This document shows, in pieces, positions 8,297-18,804 of a stretch of 64,000 nt of DNA. Made by a program: the position numbers and the translations under genes. The stretch is from the IMG/VR virus record IMGVR_UViG_2061766007_000959; one strand, 5' to 3'. The first letter of the stretch is position 1. Every line of letters begins with the position of its first letter. Source of the DNA: a virus (taxonomy: Duplodnaviria; Caudoviricetes). The notes under the pieces were generated by a model that saw only the letters and a list, made by a program, of their open reading frames with translations, was not told the origin of the DNA and did not search any database.

Positions 8297-10839
8297 AAAC
8301 CGAATACAGCAACACCAAACACACATTGTACCTCGTCCAAACCACGGACGATTTACGGTCGATACAAACCGACGGGCATACCGTCGCGTTGAATGTCGAA
8401 ACAACGGGTTACGATTACAATAAAGACACCATTGTCGGGGTGTCAATCGCGGTGTTGGACGGGGACAGAATCACATCGTATTATATTCCGTTACGGCACA
8501 CGGTCGGTAATAACATCGACACCGAACCGACGTTCGCTTTGGTTCAGAAAATAATTGACAACAACGGGGTTTATTTTTACAATCGTGATTTCGTGTTCAC
8601 ATTCCTTGAAAAAGAGGGAATCCGATGCGGTTTGAACCACACGCACGACACACAGATAATGTTGTACCTGTGTACCAACAAACCGTGTCCGACACGCAAC
8701 GAATACGCGCATCTGTTTTTCCCCGACGTTCCGATTTACGAACTCGACCTCGAACGATTGAATTTCGCGGAACACAACCCCGACGTGGCTTTCATATTCG
8801 CGGCACAGAAAACGGTGTTGACAATCATGTTGGCACGGTACGTTTGGAAAACCTATGACATGATTCACAACATATACCAATTGGATAACGAATCAAATGA
8901 GGTGGTGCGTTGGATATGTAAGAACACCGAACTACCAATATCGAAAGAACGCGTGCGGGAGGAATTGAACAACGTGAACACCGACATCGACGAAATCAAA
9001 TACAAACTACGCGGATTGTTGGGGTATGACGCGGAAATCGACAACCCCGTGAAACGTCTTGATTTGGTGCGTGAATGTATCGGGACGGTGGAAAGCCTTT
9101 CGGATTACGCCGTGAAGGATTCCGCTCATCCCGTTGTTATGTTGGTGAAACGTTACGGGGAACTGTCCGTGTACCGAACCACGCTTGAAAAGATGTTGGA
9201 TTACGGGGACACGATGCGCGTCCGATATTCCACGGTGACGGCGGCGACAGGTCGTTTGTCGTCAGGCGGCGCGAAGGGTAACACATTTTTCAACGATTTC
9301 AACATCCAGGCGGTTGAGAAAAAAGACGTTGTGCGTTATGTCCACCGAACCGATGACGGAATCGGTTTCACGATTGACGACAACCCCGACAACGCGGTCA
9401 AAACGGTTAAATGCAAAGGCGGATTGCGTGACGCGTTCGTATGTCCCGACGGGTATGTTTGGGTGTCCGCCGACTACAGCGGCGAGGAAATGGTGTTGGC
9501 GGCATGTTTCAGTAAGGACGAAAACCTTATCGAACCAATACGCGAGGGAAAGGATATTCACCGACATATCGCCGAAACGATGTTCGGACAAACGGACGAC
9601 GAAAGCCGTTCACGGATAAAACAGTTGAATTTCAGTGTGATATACGGGGCGACGGAATATTCCATCGCGAAACGTTTGAAAATAACTGTGGATGAATGCC
9701 GCGAAATGTTGGCTAAATATTTCAACCATTTGGGCGGTTTGGACGAGTGGCGTAAACGGATGGTCGATAAGGCACGCAAAAACGGTTATGTATCGACGTT
9801 GTTCGGGCGACCCCGTATGTTGTTCGATTCGTATCAAAGGGGTGATTACCGCGCGGCAGACCGTTGTGCTTGCAATTCCCCGATACAGGGATGCACCCCG
9901 TTGTCGGGACATTTGGAAACCGAACATTCGGCTGTCCGTATGGAATCCGTCGTCGGTCGAAGATTGAAAGACGTTCACGGCGGTTTGTTGATACCGACAC
10001 ACCGTGGGGAATCCGAACCGTTGTTCTGTTTGTTCAGACGCGGGGAATGGATGATATGCGACGAAAACCATTCGTTTGTGTATGGTAATAAAAAAGCACC
10101 GAAGGTCGCGGCGTTGCGCAACGGTATAAAAAAACGCGTTTGGTTGGCTGAACTACGAAAGAAACAGTGGCGGTTCAACCGATTCGTGTTCCGTCCGTCG
10201 GGCGAATGCGCGTCGTTGTTCGTGATGTTGTGCAAGCGTGACACGGAAATAAAGGACGACAACGTGACGTTGAACAGCGCGTTGTTCAAACTTGCGTTGA
10301 CCCGACATTGGTTTTCAGCGGATTACAACGCGGCGGTGTCGTTACGTTCGGTCGCGTCGATATTCGGGTACAACGTACTATATAATGCGCGGCGTGACAA
10401 ATTCAGGGTTTCGTTCCGCCGTCACAAACGGGTTCGGTTACGTTCTATCAGTTGGTGTTTGAAACAAGGAAAAACAGTTCCCGTCGGTTCGTGTACGAAG
10501 ATAACCGACATGCAGATGTACGACAATCAGGGGTTCGTGAACAAAAACACGGGCGCGGATATTATCCGAATCGATTTGTGTAAATTCAAACGGTTGTTTG
10601 ACACCGACGCAGATTGGGCGGCGAACGTCAAATTTGCATGTACCATACATGACGAATGCAATTTTTACGTCAAAAAGGAATATTTGTGCGACGCGATACA
10701 CAAAATATACGACACAATGTATTTCCAACACCCGTTGATGGCGTTACCTTTACGCGCCACCGTGTCCGTCGGGGCGGATTGGGGACATTTGTTAGATATT
10801 GATGTTCAATCCGTTACGGATAATAAAATATTAATATAA
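8290..10839 (+). CDS. polA: Family A DNA polymerase, intein-containing, with degenerate 3'-5' exonuclease
   Basis: TGRLSS, motif A ADYSGEE, motif B RxxxKxxNFxxIYG, TLFGRPR, NSPIQG, motif C TIHDE. Confidence 0.92.
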   Translation: MLETEYSNTKHTLYLVQTTDDLRSIQTDGHTVALNVETTGYDYNKDTIVGVSIAVLDGDRITSYYIPLRHTVGNNIDTEPTFALVQKIIDNNGVYFYNRDFVFTFLEKEGIRCGLNHTHDTQIMLYLCTNKPCPTRNEYAHLFFPDVPIYELDLERLNFAEHNPDVAFIFAAQKTVLTIMLARYVWKTYDMIHNIYQLDNESNEVVRWICKNTELPISKERVREELNNVNTDIDEIKYKLRGLLGYDAEIDNPVKRLDLVRECIGTVESLSDYAVKDSAHPVVMLVKRYGELSVYRTTLEKMLDYGDTMRVRYSTVTAATGRLSSGGAKGNTFFNDFNIQAVEKKDVVRYVHRTDDGIGFTIDDNPDNAVKTVKCKGGLRDAFVCPDGYVWVSADYSGEEMVLAACFSKDENLIEPIREGKDIHRHIAETMFGQTDDESRSRIKQLNFSVIYGATEYSIAKRLKITVDECREMLAKYFNHLGGLDEWRKRMVDKARKNGYVSTLFGRPRMLFDSYQRGDYRAADRCACNSPIQGCTPLSGHLETEHSAVRMESVVGRRLKDVHGGLLIPTHRGESEPLFCLFRRGEWMICDENHSFVYGNKKAPKVAALRNGIKKRVWLAELRKKQWRFNRFVFRPSGECASLFVMLCKRDTEIKDDNVTLNSALFKLALTRHWFSADYNAAVSLRSVASIFGYNVLYNARRDKFRVSFRRHKRVRLRSISWCLKQGKTVPVGSCTKITDMQMYDNQGFVNKNTGADIIRIDLCKFKRLFDTDADWAANVKFACTIHDECNFYVKKEYLCDAIHKIYDTMYFQHPLMALPLRATVSVGADWGHLLDIDVQSVTDNKILI
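9892..10548 (+). mobile_element. Intein (219 aa) in PolA at the NSPIQG|TGAD site
   Basis: Starts with Cys, ends ...GFVNKN followed by Thr; block B-like CDENH; removal restores canonical NSPIQGTGADI. Confidence 0.85.
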
Positions 10840-10926
10840 AAATATTTTACATATTGTATTGTTTGTATCAAAATTATGTGTACATTTGTGTATTAAAATT
10901 TTGTTGAATTTAAAAACGATACGGTT

Positions 10927-11691
10927 ATGGCACGTTATGTAACAGAATTTCATTTGACACACCCCGTGAACGATTTGGACGCGGCTCGTGAATATTTACA
11001 AGCCGATAATATGACGGAATATTTAATCGATGACCTCGATTATTTGAAATTGACACGTCTTCAACCATCGGACATCGTGAATCTCCAATGGGATTTACAG
11101 GACAAACAATACGGTTTGATTTATCTTGATACCGCGATTGACCTTACCGATGACGAATTGGCGAAAATATCCGATTGGGTCAGCGGGCAAAACAGCGACG
11201 GATTGGGCGAGGGGTTTGAGCAACAGGATTTCGCGGCGGGTGAAGATTGGGAGGAATACGAATACGAGGATGAAGATGGTGACACACAAACGGATTATGA
11301 AGAGGTAAGCACTATGGCATCGTTCGATTGGAAAACCAACAATTATTCGTTTAAAAAAATATCTGATTCGCGCCGCGTGAACGATTTTTACTATAACGAA
11401 GAATCGAGGACAATGCGCAACTATTCGGATTTGTCCGAACAGGAAAAAAACAATGAATTGATACAGACATACGAATACGCGTTCACGTACATGATGAACA
11501 ACCTCGACAGTTATATCGATACAACGAACGACCGCGCCGTCAAGGATTACATCGCCGAACAGGTTTACATATTCATGGGTAACGACCCGATGTTCGATAA
11601 AGACCAAATCGAATTGCACGGTATCAATTACGACAACGGGTTCGCCGAAGATTTGATTGATTTTCTATATAACGAATTTTTGGAACAATAA
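10927..11691 (+). CDS. Two-domain acidic protein with GQNSDGLGEGFEQ motif and KISDS/RRVND linker
   Basis: GQxSDGxGEGFEQ motif recalled from mobile-element proteins; linker matches the window-wide motif. Confidence 0.65.
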   Translation: MARYVTEFHLTHPVNDLDAAREYLQADNMTEYLIDDLDYLKLTRLQPSDIVNLQWDLQDKQYGLIYLDTAIDLTDDELAKISDWVSGQNSDGLGEGFEQQDFAAGEDWEEYEYEDEDGDTQTDYEEVSTMASFDWKTNNYSFKKISDSRRVNDFYYNEESRTMRNYSDLSEQEKNNELIQTYEYAFTYMMNNLDSYIDTTNDRAVKDYIAEQVYIFMGNDPMFDKDQIELHGINYDNGFAEDLIDFLYNEFLEQ

Positions 11692-11731
11692 AGCAGAAGC
11701 CATTTTTTAAAATAGGTTGTGAATCACAACC

Positions 11732-11768
11732 AAATCCGTATAATTTTTATAATTGTACGGATTTTTTT
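11732..11768 (+). terminator. Hairpin terminator
   Basis: aaatccgtataatt...aattgtacggattt followed by a T run. Confidence 0.55.
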
Positions 11769-11802
11769 ATTTTTGTGGAAAACAATTTAAAATCGTAACA
11801 CG

Positions 11803-13536
11803 ATGGCTGAAAATAGAAGAATCGTACAATTACATAAAAAGGACGACACAAGCGAATTGTGGATTCCAATCAACACGGGTGAGTGTGTTGAAATGACGGA
11901 TTACGTGAATAACGGTGAAACGGGTTCGATAACACAAATCGACAATCTTAACACCGCGCTTGCAAAATTAGAGAACACAAAAGCCGATGCGGGCGAGTCA
12001 CTTGCGGATTACAACATCACCGACGCTTACACGAAAGATGAAATTGACATTTTGTTGTCAGGAATATATCATGTACATGGCAGTTTGGCAAGTACGGACA
12101 TTCATTCCACATTGTTGGATTCAGACACAAAGACGGGTGATGTTTACAATCTTTCGGACGATACCGTATTGACAAATGACTTTATTGAATACGAAGGTGT
12201 TGCCACTCCGATTTCCGCAGGTACAAACATCGTTGTTGTGAACACGGGTACAAATGAAAACCCCGTGTATAAATTTGACATGCTTGCCATGAACATATCG
12301 TCAGCAATACAGGCGGCGACATCAACGGCATTAGGTGGTATCAAAATAGGTTACACGGACAACACCACGGGTACGAGAAACTACCCTGTTAGTTTGGATA
12401 ACAACGATAAGGCATTTGTCAATGTTCCGTGGGCGAACACCGAATATTCACTTGGATTAAACGGAAACACGTTATCCCTTACACCATCTACGGGTACAGC
12501 CCAAACGGTGACATTACCAAGCGTTCTGCCTGACGGCACGAACAAATCGGGAAAATGTTTAAAGGTTGTTGATAACAGTGGCACATTGTCATGGGAGGAT
12601 GACCTTACGGCAACATACACGGCGGGTGTCGGTTTGGATTTGAACAACGGGACATTCAAGGTAAAATTGAACAGTGAAACAAGTTTGGGTACGATTGGAA
12701 CAACACCGAAATTATACGCTGTCGGTGTGGATTCAAACGGCAAACTGTGTACGAATGTCACATGGGATAACACACATTACACGGCGACCCCCGTATTAGG
12801 CGCAACAAACGCGACGGCGAACGCGACGGCGGCAACCAACAATGACGCGACATACATGAATATTGTTGAGAACAACGCGAAATCGGGCGGAATACAAATC
12901 ATAGGTACAGGTTTGGTAAGTGTAAGTGCAAAAGACGGAGTATTGACGGTTGTTGGAACTGACCCCATTCCGTCACAAACAGGACATAACAACAAATTCC
13001 TTTCAACCAACGGCACTACATTGTCATGGGCAACCCCGTCGGATTTAAACACATTCCGTGTTATTCAGGTTGACAATACGCAATTGTTGGCGACGGATTC
13101 AAACAAGGCGTTCGATATTATCGGCGGACGTAACGTGACGTTGACGACGGACAACACACAATCGGGTTACGCGTCGGTTACAATTGATGTTCCAATAACA
13201 GATAACAAACCGACCGTCACCAACTCCGCCGCGTCAATCACGTTCAAATACGGTAACAACTATTTCGTGGGCGCATCGGCGTATTCCGCACCAAGCGTGA
13301 ATGCGGGTTCGGCGGTAACAACCCTTACAATCACAGATGGCAACGGGGTGAACGACAGTACGGACTTTGAGGCAAACGTGTTCTTTAAGGCGGGTGATAA
13401 TGCGTCGGGAATGACAGTAACGTTACCATCAGGATTTATGTTGATTGGTGAAGAACCTGAATATGTGTCGGGAAACGTTTATTTGGTTTCATTCTACAAG
13501 GGTACGGCGATATTCGGTGAAATGACAGTAGTATAA
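11803..13536 (+). CDS. Probable virion structural / tail-fibre-like protein
   Basis: T/N/G-rich; fibre-like motifs YNITDAYTKDEID, ATSTALGGIKIG, PSQTGHNNKFLSTNGTTLSW. Confidence 0.65.
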   Translation: MAENRRIVQLHKKDDTSELWIPINTGECVEMTDYVNNGETGSITQIDNLNTALAKLENTKADAGESLADYNITDAYTKDEIDILLSGIYHVHGSLASTDIHSTLLDSDTKTGDVYNLSDDTVLTNDFIEYEGVATPISAGTNIVVVNTGTNENPVYKFDMLAMNISSAIQAATSTALGGIKIGYTDNTTGTRNYPVSLDNNDKAFVNVPWANTEYSLGLNGNTLSLTPSTGTAQTVTLPSVLPDGTNKSGKCLKVVDNSGTLSWEDDLTATYTAGVGLDLNNGTFKVKLNSETSLGTIGTTPKLYAVGVDSNGKLCTNVTWDNTHYTATPVLGATNATANATAATNNDATYMNIVENNAKSGGIQIIGTGLVSVSAKDGVLTVVGTDPIPSQTGHNNKFLSTNGTTLSWATPSDLNTFRVIQVDNTQLLATDSNKAFDIIGGRNVTLTTDNTQSGYASVTIDVPITDNKPTVTNSAASITFKYGNNYFVGASAYSAPSVNAGSAVTTLTITDGNGVNDSTDFEANVFFKAGDNASGMTVTLPSGFMLIGEEPEYVSGNVYLVSFYKGTAIFGEMTVV

Positions 13537-13555
13537 CAACAAACATGACGATATT

Positions 13556-15838
13556 ATGGCGATACGACATTGGCATTGGCTGTTGACGCAAAAGAAAGAC
13601 GAACCCGAACCAACGGATTACAAGGTACGGGGTACAGCGATAAACAACGCACAGTTTGAACCCGATTACGCAGGATATGAACAAGTTCCGTTAATGGATA
13701 ATAATTATTATAATTATTATTTGAACGGTGATATTGATCCAGAAATCACGCCACTTAACGATAAAGTGTATTATTATTATGACTATCAAGATTATACACA
13801 AAAATATTTTTACATAGAAAACAACACGGTTGTCGATTATACACCCCCGAAACCGAACGGAAGTATCACGTTTAATGTCAAATTCAAAACAGACGGGGTT
13901 GTGGATTCAGATTTCACAAATATTGTTTGTTCGGTTAGTCCTGAAGGTGATTGGGAATTTACGTATTCAACAAATAAAGTCATTTATTCCATCGATAGTT
14001 TTCATAATGAAAATGACACATATTATGACGAAATATACGGTGAATTTTCCGATTACGCAACACACATTTTGACATCGGTTGATTTTAGTAAATGTGACCG
14101 ATTAAACAGTTTAGTTTCGATGACGAACGCGTTTTCAGGTTGTGTGTATTTGCGTAATATAGTTTTTAGCAATAAACAATCGTTTACAAATTTGGAATAT
14201 GCAACGAACGCGTTTTTTGATTGTAATTTGGTTAATTCTGCTGTTGTAAAAATATTATCCGCGCCGAATTTAACTAACGATTACATAAGTTTGGGGTTGT
14301 ATTCGTTTTATGACAATAACATTCATTATGCGATAAAACAGGATTTACAAAACGCGTATTATTTATCAATTGATGATTATTACAATAGTGACAATACCGT
14401 CGTTACAATACCGTCACAAATAACAATCGGAAACAACACGCTGACGGTTAAAAATATAATTATAAACAACAATACGGGACGTGACGCGTTTTATCAGGCT
14501 AACATTACCCAAATAACTATACCGAACACAATACAACGAATCGGTTGGGGTTCGTTCATTAGTTGTTACGATTTAACAACGGTTGTCATAAATTCAAATT
14601 CTGTTTTGTCGGATATTGGTATATGCGCATTTTACGGTTGTAACAATTTGCAACAAATAACACTTCCGAACACGGTAACGACAATCGGTTCATATGCGTT
14701 TGGATATTGTGAAAATTTAACCCAAATGACAATTCCAAATTCTGTAACTATATTGGGATATAGTCAACAATACGGAAATGATAGTTTTTGGGAAGATTAC
14801 GGGTATATGATAGATAGTGGCGAAACATATGTTTGGCGTAATTATCATTTACATGGTGGTGGTGATTCCCCATACAGTTACCAGGGCAGGGAAGAAACAA
14901 GCGTATTCGCTTATTGTTACGATTTAACATCGGTTGTTTTATCAAATACGATAACACAAATAGTGTCACAATGTTTTTACGATTGTACATCGTTGACATC
15001 GATAACCATTCCAAATTCGGTGACGGAAATTCATTTTTATGCGTTTGAAAATTGTGAGAGTTTGTCATCCGTTCAATTATCAAACAATTTGGTGACAATT
15101 GGCGATGGCGCATTCAGAAACAATAATTTAAGTTCAATATCGTTCCCAAGCACAATACGACAAATCGGTCAAGGTAATTTTATAGGTGTTCAAAACGTGT
15201 CGTTCCCGAATATAAGCGTTTTGTACACATTAACATGTTGGGCGTATGACCGTGCAACCAATTATAATGTTGTGGCACGTTATTTGAAAGCCAATAACAT
15301 AAACCAAATAACCATTCCGAATACAGTGACAGAAATTGGTGGCGGTGTATTCGCGTATTGTGACAATTTAACATCGGTAACAATACCTAATACCATCACC
15401 AAAATAAATAACTCTGCATTCTTGTATTGTACGGGATTAACACAAATAACCATACCTAATTCCGTAACGATAATTGGTGATAACGTATTTGAGCAATGCA
15501 CGGGATTGACACAAATAGTTATATCCAATTCCCTGGTTATGATTGGCGAATACGCATTTGCATATTGTACAGGGGTAACACAACAAATCGTCATGCCAAA
15601 TTCTTTAACCAAAATAGACCGTTATTGTTTTTACGGGTGTTTAGGGTTGACGGATGTTTACATACCAATTTCGGTTACAACAATCGGGTGTGAGGCATTC
15701 AACAATAATAATATAACATTCCATTGTGAAGCACAATCCAAACCCGCTGATTGGTATGTAGAGTATCATTATTCAGACGGTCAAATCCATTATTGGAACA
15801 CCAACATGGGTACGGTAAATTACGGGGAAACATGGTAA
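13556..15838 (+). CDS. BspA-family leucine-rich-repeat protein (LRR_5 type)
   Basis: Many ITIPNSVTxIGxxAFxxCxxLT repeats. Confidence 0.85.
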   Translation: MAIRHWHWLLTQKKDEPEPTDYKVRGTAINNAQFEPDYAGYEQVPLMDNNYYNYYLNGDIDPEITPLNDKVYYYYDYQDYTQKYFYIENNTVVDYTPPKPNGSITFNVKFKTDGVVDSDFTNIVCSVSPEGDWEFTYSTNKVIYSIDSFHNENDTYYDEIYGEFSDYATHILTSVDFSKCDRLNSLVSMTNAFSGCVYLRNIVFSNKQSFTNLEYATNAFFDCNLVNSAVVKILSAPNLTNDYISLGLYSFYDNNIHYAIKQDLQNAYYLSIDDYYNSDNTVVTIPSQITIGNNTLTVKNIIINNNTGRDAFYQANITQITIPNTIQRIGWGSFISCYDLTTVVINSNSVLSDIGICAFYGCNNLQQITLPNTVTTIGSYAFGYCENLTQMTIPNSVTILGYSQQYGNDSFWEDYGYMIDSGETYVWRNYHLHGGGDSPYSYQGREETSVFAYCYDLTSVVLSNTITQIVSQCFYDCTSLTSITIPNSVTEIHFYAFENCESLSSVQLSNNLVTIGDGAFRNNNLSSISFPSTIRQIGQGNFIGVQNVSFPNISVLYTLTCWAYDRATNYNVVARYLKANNINQITIPNTVTEIGGGVFAYCDNLTSVTIPNTITKINNSAFLYCTGLTQITIPNSVTIIGDNVFEQCTGLTQIVISNSLVMIGEYAFAYCTGVTQQIVMPNSLTKIDRYCFYGCLGLTDVYIPISVTTIGCEAFNNNNITFHCEAQSKPADWYVEYHYSDGQIHYWNTNMGTVNYGETW

Positions 15839-16581
15839 CAAAAACAAATACAGAAATGGAAACAATTGTAACATTAACCTCATTCGGAAAACGGATAAGA
15901 ACAACAATGCCGCAATCGGTTGAGTCAATCAACAAACAAATCGGATTCAAACCCGAATTGATTGTTTTGTATGTCACCCGTGACGATTACGAATCCGCAA
16001 AATCTGTGTCAAAACAATTCGACAACTTGGACGTGCGAACTGTACCTGAAGACATACGCTGTTACAAAAAATACACAGCGTTGACCGAACGGGAGTTCGA
16101 CGACAAATTTGTTTGGGTCATCGACGATGATTTGTATTACAGTGATTACGATTACGAATCGTTCGTCAAAACATACGACAAACACAACGGAAAACCAATG
16201 GTTTACGGTTTTAATTTTTGGGAAGTGAAATCATTTGACGAATATTTTTACAGAAACCAAATCAAAAAAAACGGAATCGTTAAAGGAAATTATGTGATTG
16301 GTTGTAACAAAATATTCCCCCCGAACGTCGCACGCCTTGAACCAAATTTCCTTAATGCGGCATTCCGTATTTCCCCGACGTGTGACGACACATATCTGTC
16401 CCCGTATTTAATAAGCAGCAACATATCCGTGTGTAAAATCAAATTACCCGATGACAAATTCGAAAACTACAAACAACTTGAAATACCGTCGAACACAATC
16501 AAACTAATAAACGTGAATCGTTATTTATGGAAATCGAATCTAAAACGTAATTTTGACCATTTTGGTTTGTACCGACCGTGA
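15832..16581 (+). CDS. GT-A fold glycosyltransferase-like protein
   Basis: TLTSFGKRI, DIRCYKK, VIDDDLYY (DxD), PTCDDTY. Confidence 0.65.
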   Translation: MVTKTNTEMETIVTLTSFGKRIRTTMPQSVESINKQIGFKPELIVLYVTRDDYESAKSVSKQFDNLDVRTVPEDIRCYKKYTALTEREFDDKFVWVIDDDLYYSDYDYESFVKTYDKHNGKPMVYGFNFWEVKSFDEYFYRNQIKKNGIVKGNYVIGCNKIFPPNVARLEPNFLNAAFRISPTCDDTYLSPYLISSNISVCKIKLPDDKFENYKQLEIPSNTIKLINVNRYLWKSNLKRNFDHFGLYRP

Positions 16582-16660
16582 CACAACTTATCAACAATCC
16601 TAACAATGTAATGATAATGCGGTTATCTTTGCGCACGGAAACAATTAAAACTTAACGACA

Positions 16661-16873
16661 ATGGAAATAAAGGACATTCTTTACGAAAAGACGTACAACA
16701 GAATCGCGTTCATCGACAGAATCAACGATGCGATACGCGACAAAAAAATGATTCAGCGTCAGGTGGCAATCGACCTCGGTTTCTACCCGCAGAACCTTAA
16801 CGCCTTCCTGAAAGGCAAAATGGCTATGTCAACCGAAAAAATAAAAAAACTTACCGACTATGTCGGAATGTAA
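16661..16873 (+). CDS. XRE/Cro-type HTH transcriptional regulator
   Basis: QRQVAIDLGFYPQNLNAFLKGK helix-turn-helix; own TAnnTTTG box at about 16624. Confidence 0.75.
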   Translation: MEIKDILYEKTYNRIAFIDRINDAIRDKKMIQRQVAIDLGFYPQNLNAFLKGKMAMSTEKIKKLTDYVGM

Positions 16874-17199
16874 AAAATTAACACGTATATTTGCACAATC
16901 AAAAACATAAGACAATATCATTACATCATTACATTAATGAACATTACAAATCACATATCATTTTCAAATTCTAACAATCTATCACAAAAAGATACCTGTA
17001 TACTTTCATTTCGTAACTTTTTTAATCATTTTAATTACAATTTATCACAATCTTCTACCATTAACATAACAAATCAAAACGGAAGTGCCGAAAAACCACA
17101 CGCCAGACCATATCTTTTTCCGTATATGTGGAGCGTAAAGCATACACACGGCGTATTGGGTTGTAGAAATCGGACGGTGAGAAAAACAACGACAGCAGA

Positions 17200-17305
17200 T
17201 AATAATAATAATAATAGTAACAACAGTAATAACGATTACAACTATAACCGTAATATGAATGACTATTGTGATTACAATCGTAATAACAATAACAATCATA
17301 ACAAC
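17200..17305. repeat. AAT/AAC low-complexity tract in an AT-rich, G-poor region
   Basis: aataataataataatagtaacaacagtaataac... Confidence 0.7.
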
Positions 17306-17416
17306 CGTTATAAACGTTATACTAAACACACCAGTCACATAAGTACGTGTACGTATATATTCTTTAAACCAACCAACAGTGTTGGTATTAATAATATCCT
17401 TCGTAAACCTCTCCGT

Positions 17417-17611
17417 ATGTGCTTGGCAGTGTCACTTATCGCAACCACGGTTTCATGCAACCGTTCATACGTCTACCGCGTCGAATACAACAACGGTTCT
17501 GTGGAATACTTCGACTACGAACCCGATAACGCGGCAGACGCGGCAGAAACCGTGAAAGAAACAAAAAAAATCAGAACGGACGAAATACAAAAATACGAGA
17601 ACAACCAATGA
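17417..17611 (+). CDS. Possible small lipoprotein (3' part of ORF 16937..17611)
   Basis: Hydrophobic stretch ending TVSC; start uncertain. Confidence 0.35.
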   Translation: MCLAVSLIATTVSCNRSYVYRVEYNNGSVEYFDYEPDNAADAAETVKETKKIRTDEIQKYENNQ

Positions 17612-18045
17612 AAGCGGTCAAAATACAAAACCGAAGCATAATCCCGTCGGGAACAACGGACGGTTGCGTCACACTTAACGGCGACAAACGCCGCGCGACG
17701 TACTACCCATACGAATCCCCGATTTTCAGCTTCGTCGTGTACACCGACGGCAAACAAACATCCGCCGAACGCTCACGACGCGCCGCAATCAAACGTTGTA
17801 ACGAACTGTCAAAACCCGACTCCGTGACATACATACGCCTCGGAAGCAAACTCGTATATTTCCTCGAATACGGTCAAAAACCCGTGTTCTTCCGTGGATT
17901 CCAAACCAGTAATTGGAAAAACAAACCATACGAACGCGCATTGATAGATTACGACCAACACACACCAAAGGACATCACCGAACGGTACGACGCAATCACA
18001 TTCGCGCTCGAACAAATGGCACAACAAAATGAAACACACGATTAA
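17608..18045 (+). CDS. Hypothetical protein
   Basis: ATGA overlap. Confidence 0.6.
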   Translation: MKAVKIQNRSIIPSGTTDGCVTLNGDKRRATYYPYESPIFSFVVYTDGKQTSAERSRRAAIKRCNELSKPDSVTYIRLGSKLVYFLEYGQKPVFFRGFQTSNWKNKPYERALIDYDQHTPKDITERYDAITFALEQMAQQNETHD

Positions 18046-18568
18046 CCTTAAATCAAACCTCTACACCTTCGGTAAGTTCGGAAAGGCACTCCTCGAAGTC
18101 CTCGACACACAGAACCTCTACGACCGCGGCAAAATCAAAGCAAAGATAACCGCCGACGACATCAACCCCGACGACTATTGCAGAATACACTGCCGCGACA
18201 TTTGGTACATGGACGGTTTCCTGCGCACATCCAACATACGCCACATCGCGTACCAACCCGCGCACCTTAACCACCTGTTCAAGGACGACACACTGTACAT
18301 ATCCTACGAACGACCAATCAAACCTTCAAACGACACCACGTTGATAACATTCAACGGCGCGGATTTCCACATCAGCGGAAACGACATCATCAACATCGTC
18401 AACCACGCAGAAAAACACGGTCTTCCCGACCTACAACACGAACTCCAACACATCAAAACGGAAATACGACAGAAAGTGGAATGGTTCAGAACAAACCACC
18501 CCGACGAGTATTTCCGCGCGTTCCAAACAAACGAACCGACCGACGTGTTCAAATACTACCAATCATGA
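18029..18568 (+). CDS. Hypothetical protein
   Basis: Operon packing. Confidence 0.65.
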   Translation: MKHTINLKSNLYTFGKFGKALLEVLDTQNLYDRGKIKAKITADDINPDDYCRIHCRDIWYMDGFLRTSNIRHIAYQPAHLNHLFKDDTLYISYERPIKPSNDTTLITFNGADFHISGNDIINIVNHAEKHGLPDLQHELQHIKTEIRQKVEWFRTNHPDEYFRAFQTNEPTDVFKYYQS

Positions 18569-18753
18569 AACGTCTTACAATCCACTACAACACTAAAAGC
18601 CGTCTTTACATAATGGAGTTCGACAACGACGGCACTAAATCATTAACCGCCGCGCCACGTTGGGTCAAGGACAACCGAACACTTGAAATGTGGCTTTCCG
18701 ACAGAACATCCGACGGGACGTTCCCGAACGATGTCGAAATCATTTTCCAATAA
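18565..18753 (+). CDS. Small hypothetical protein (MKRLTIHY...)
   Basis: ATGA overlap with the preceding gene. Confidence 0.5.
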   Translation: MKRLTIHYNTKSRLYIMEFDNDGTKSLTAAPRWVKDNRTLEMWLSDRTSDGTFPNDVEIIFQ

Positions 18754-18757
18754 CAAC

Positions 18758-18781
18758 GTAACGAAAAAGTTATTACATTTG
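18758..18781 (+). promoter_or_regulatory. Palindromic operator plus -7 promoter box
   Basis: gtaacg-N7-tattac then atttg. Confidence 0.65.
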
Positions 18782-18804
18782 CACCCGACAATAACAACAA
18801 AGAT

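Noticed and set aside
13556-15838. DGR target or template in the LRR adhesin
   Set aside because: No reverse transcriptase and no TR/VR pair differing only at adenines seen in the window
16937-17416. N-terminal part of the 224-aa Asn-rich ORF
   Set aside because: Low-complexity AAT/AAC DNA that is open by chance; more likely non-coding
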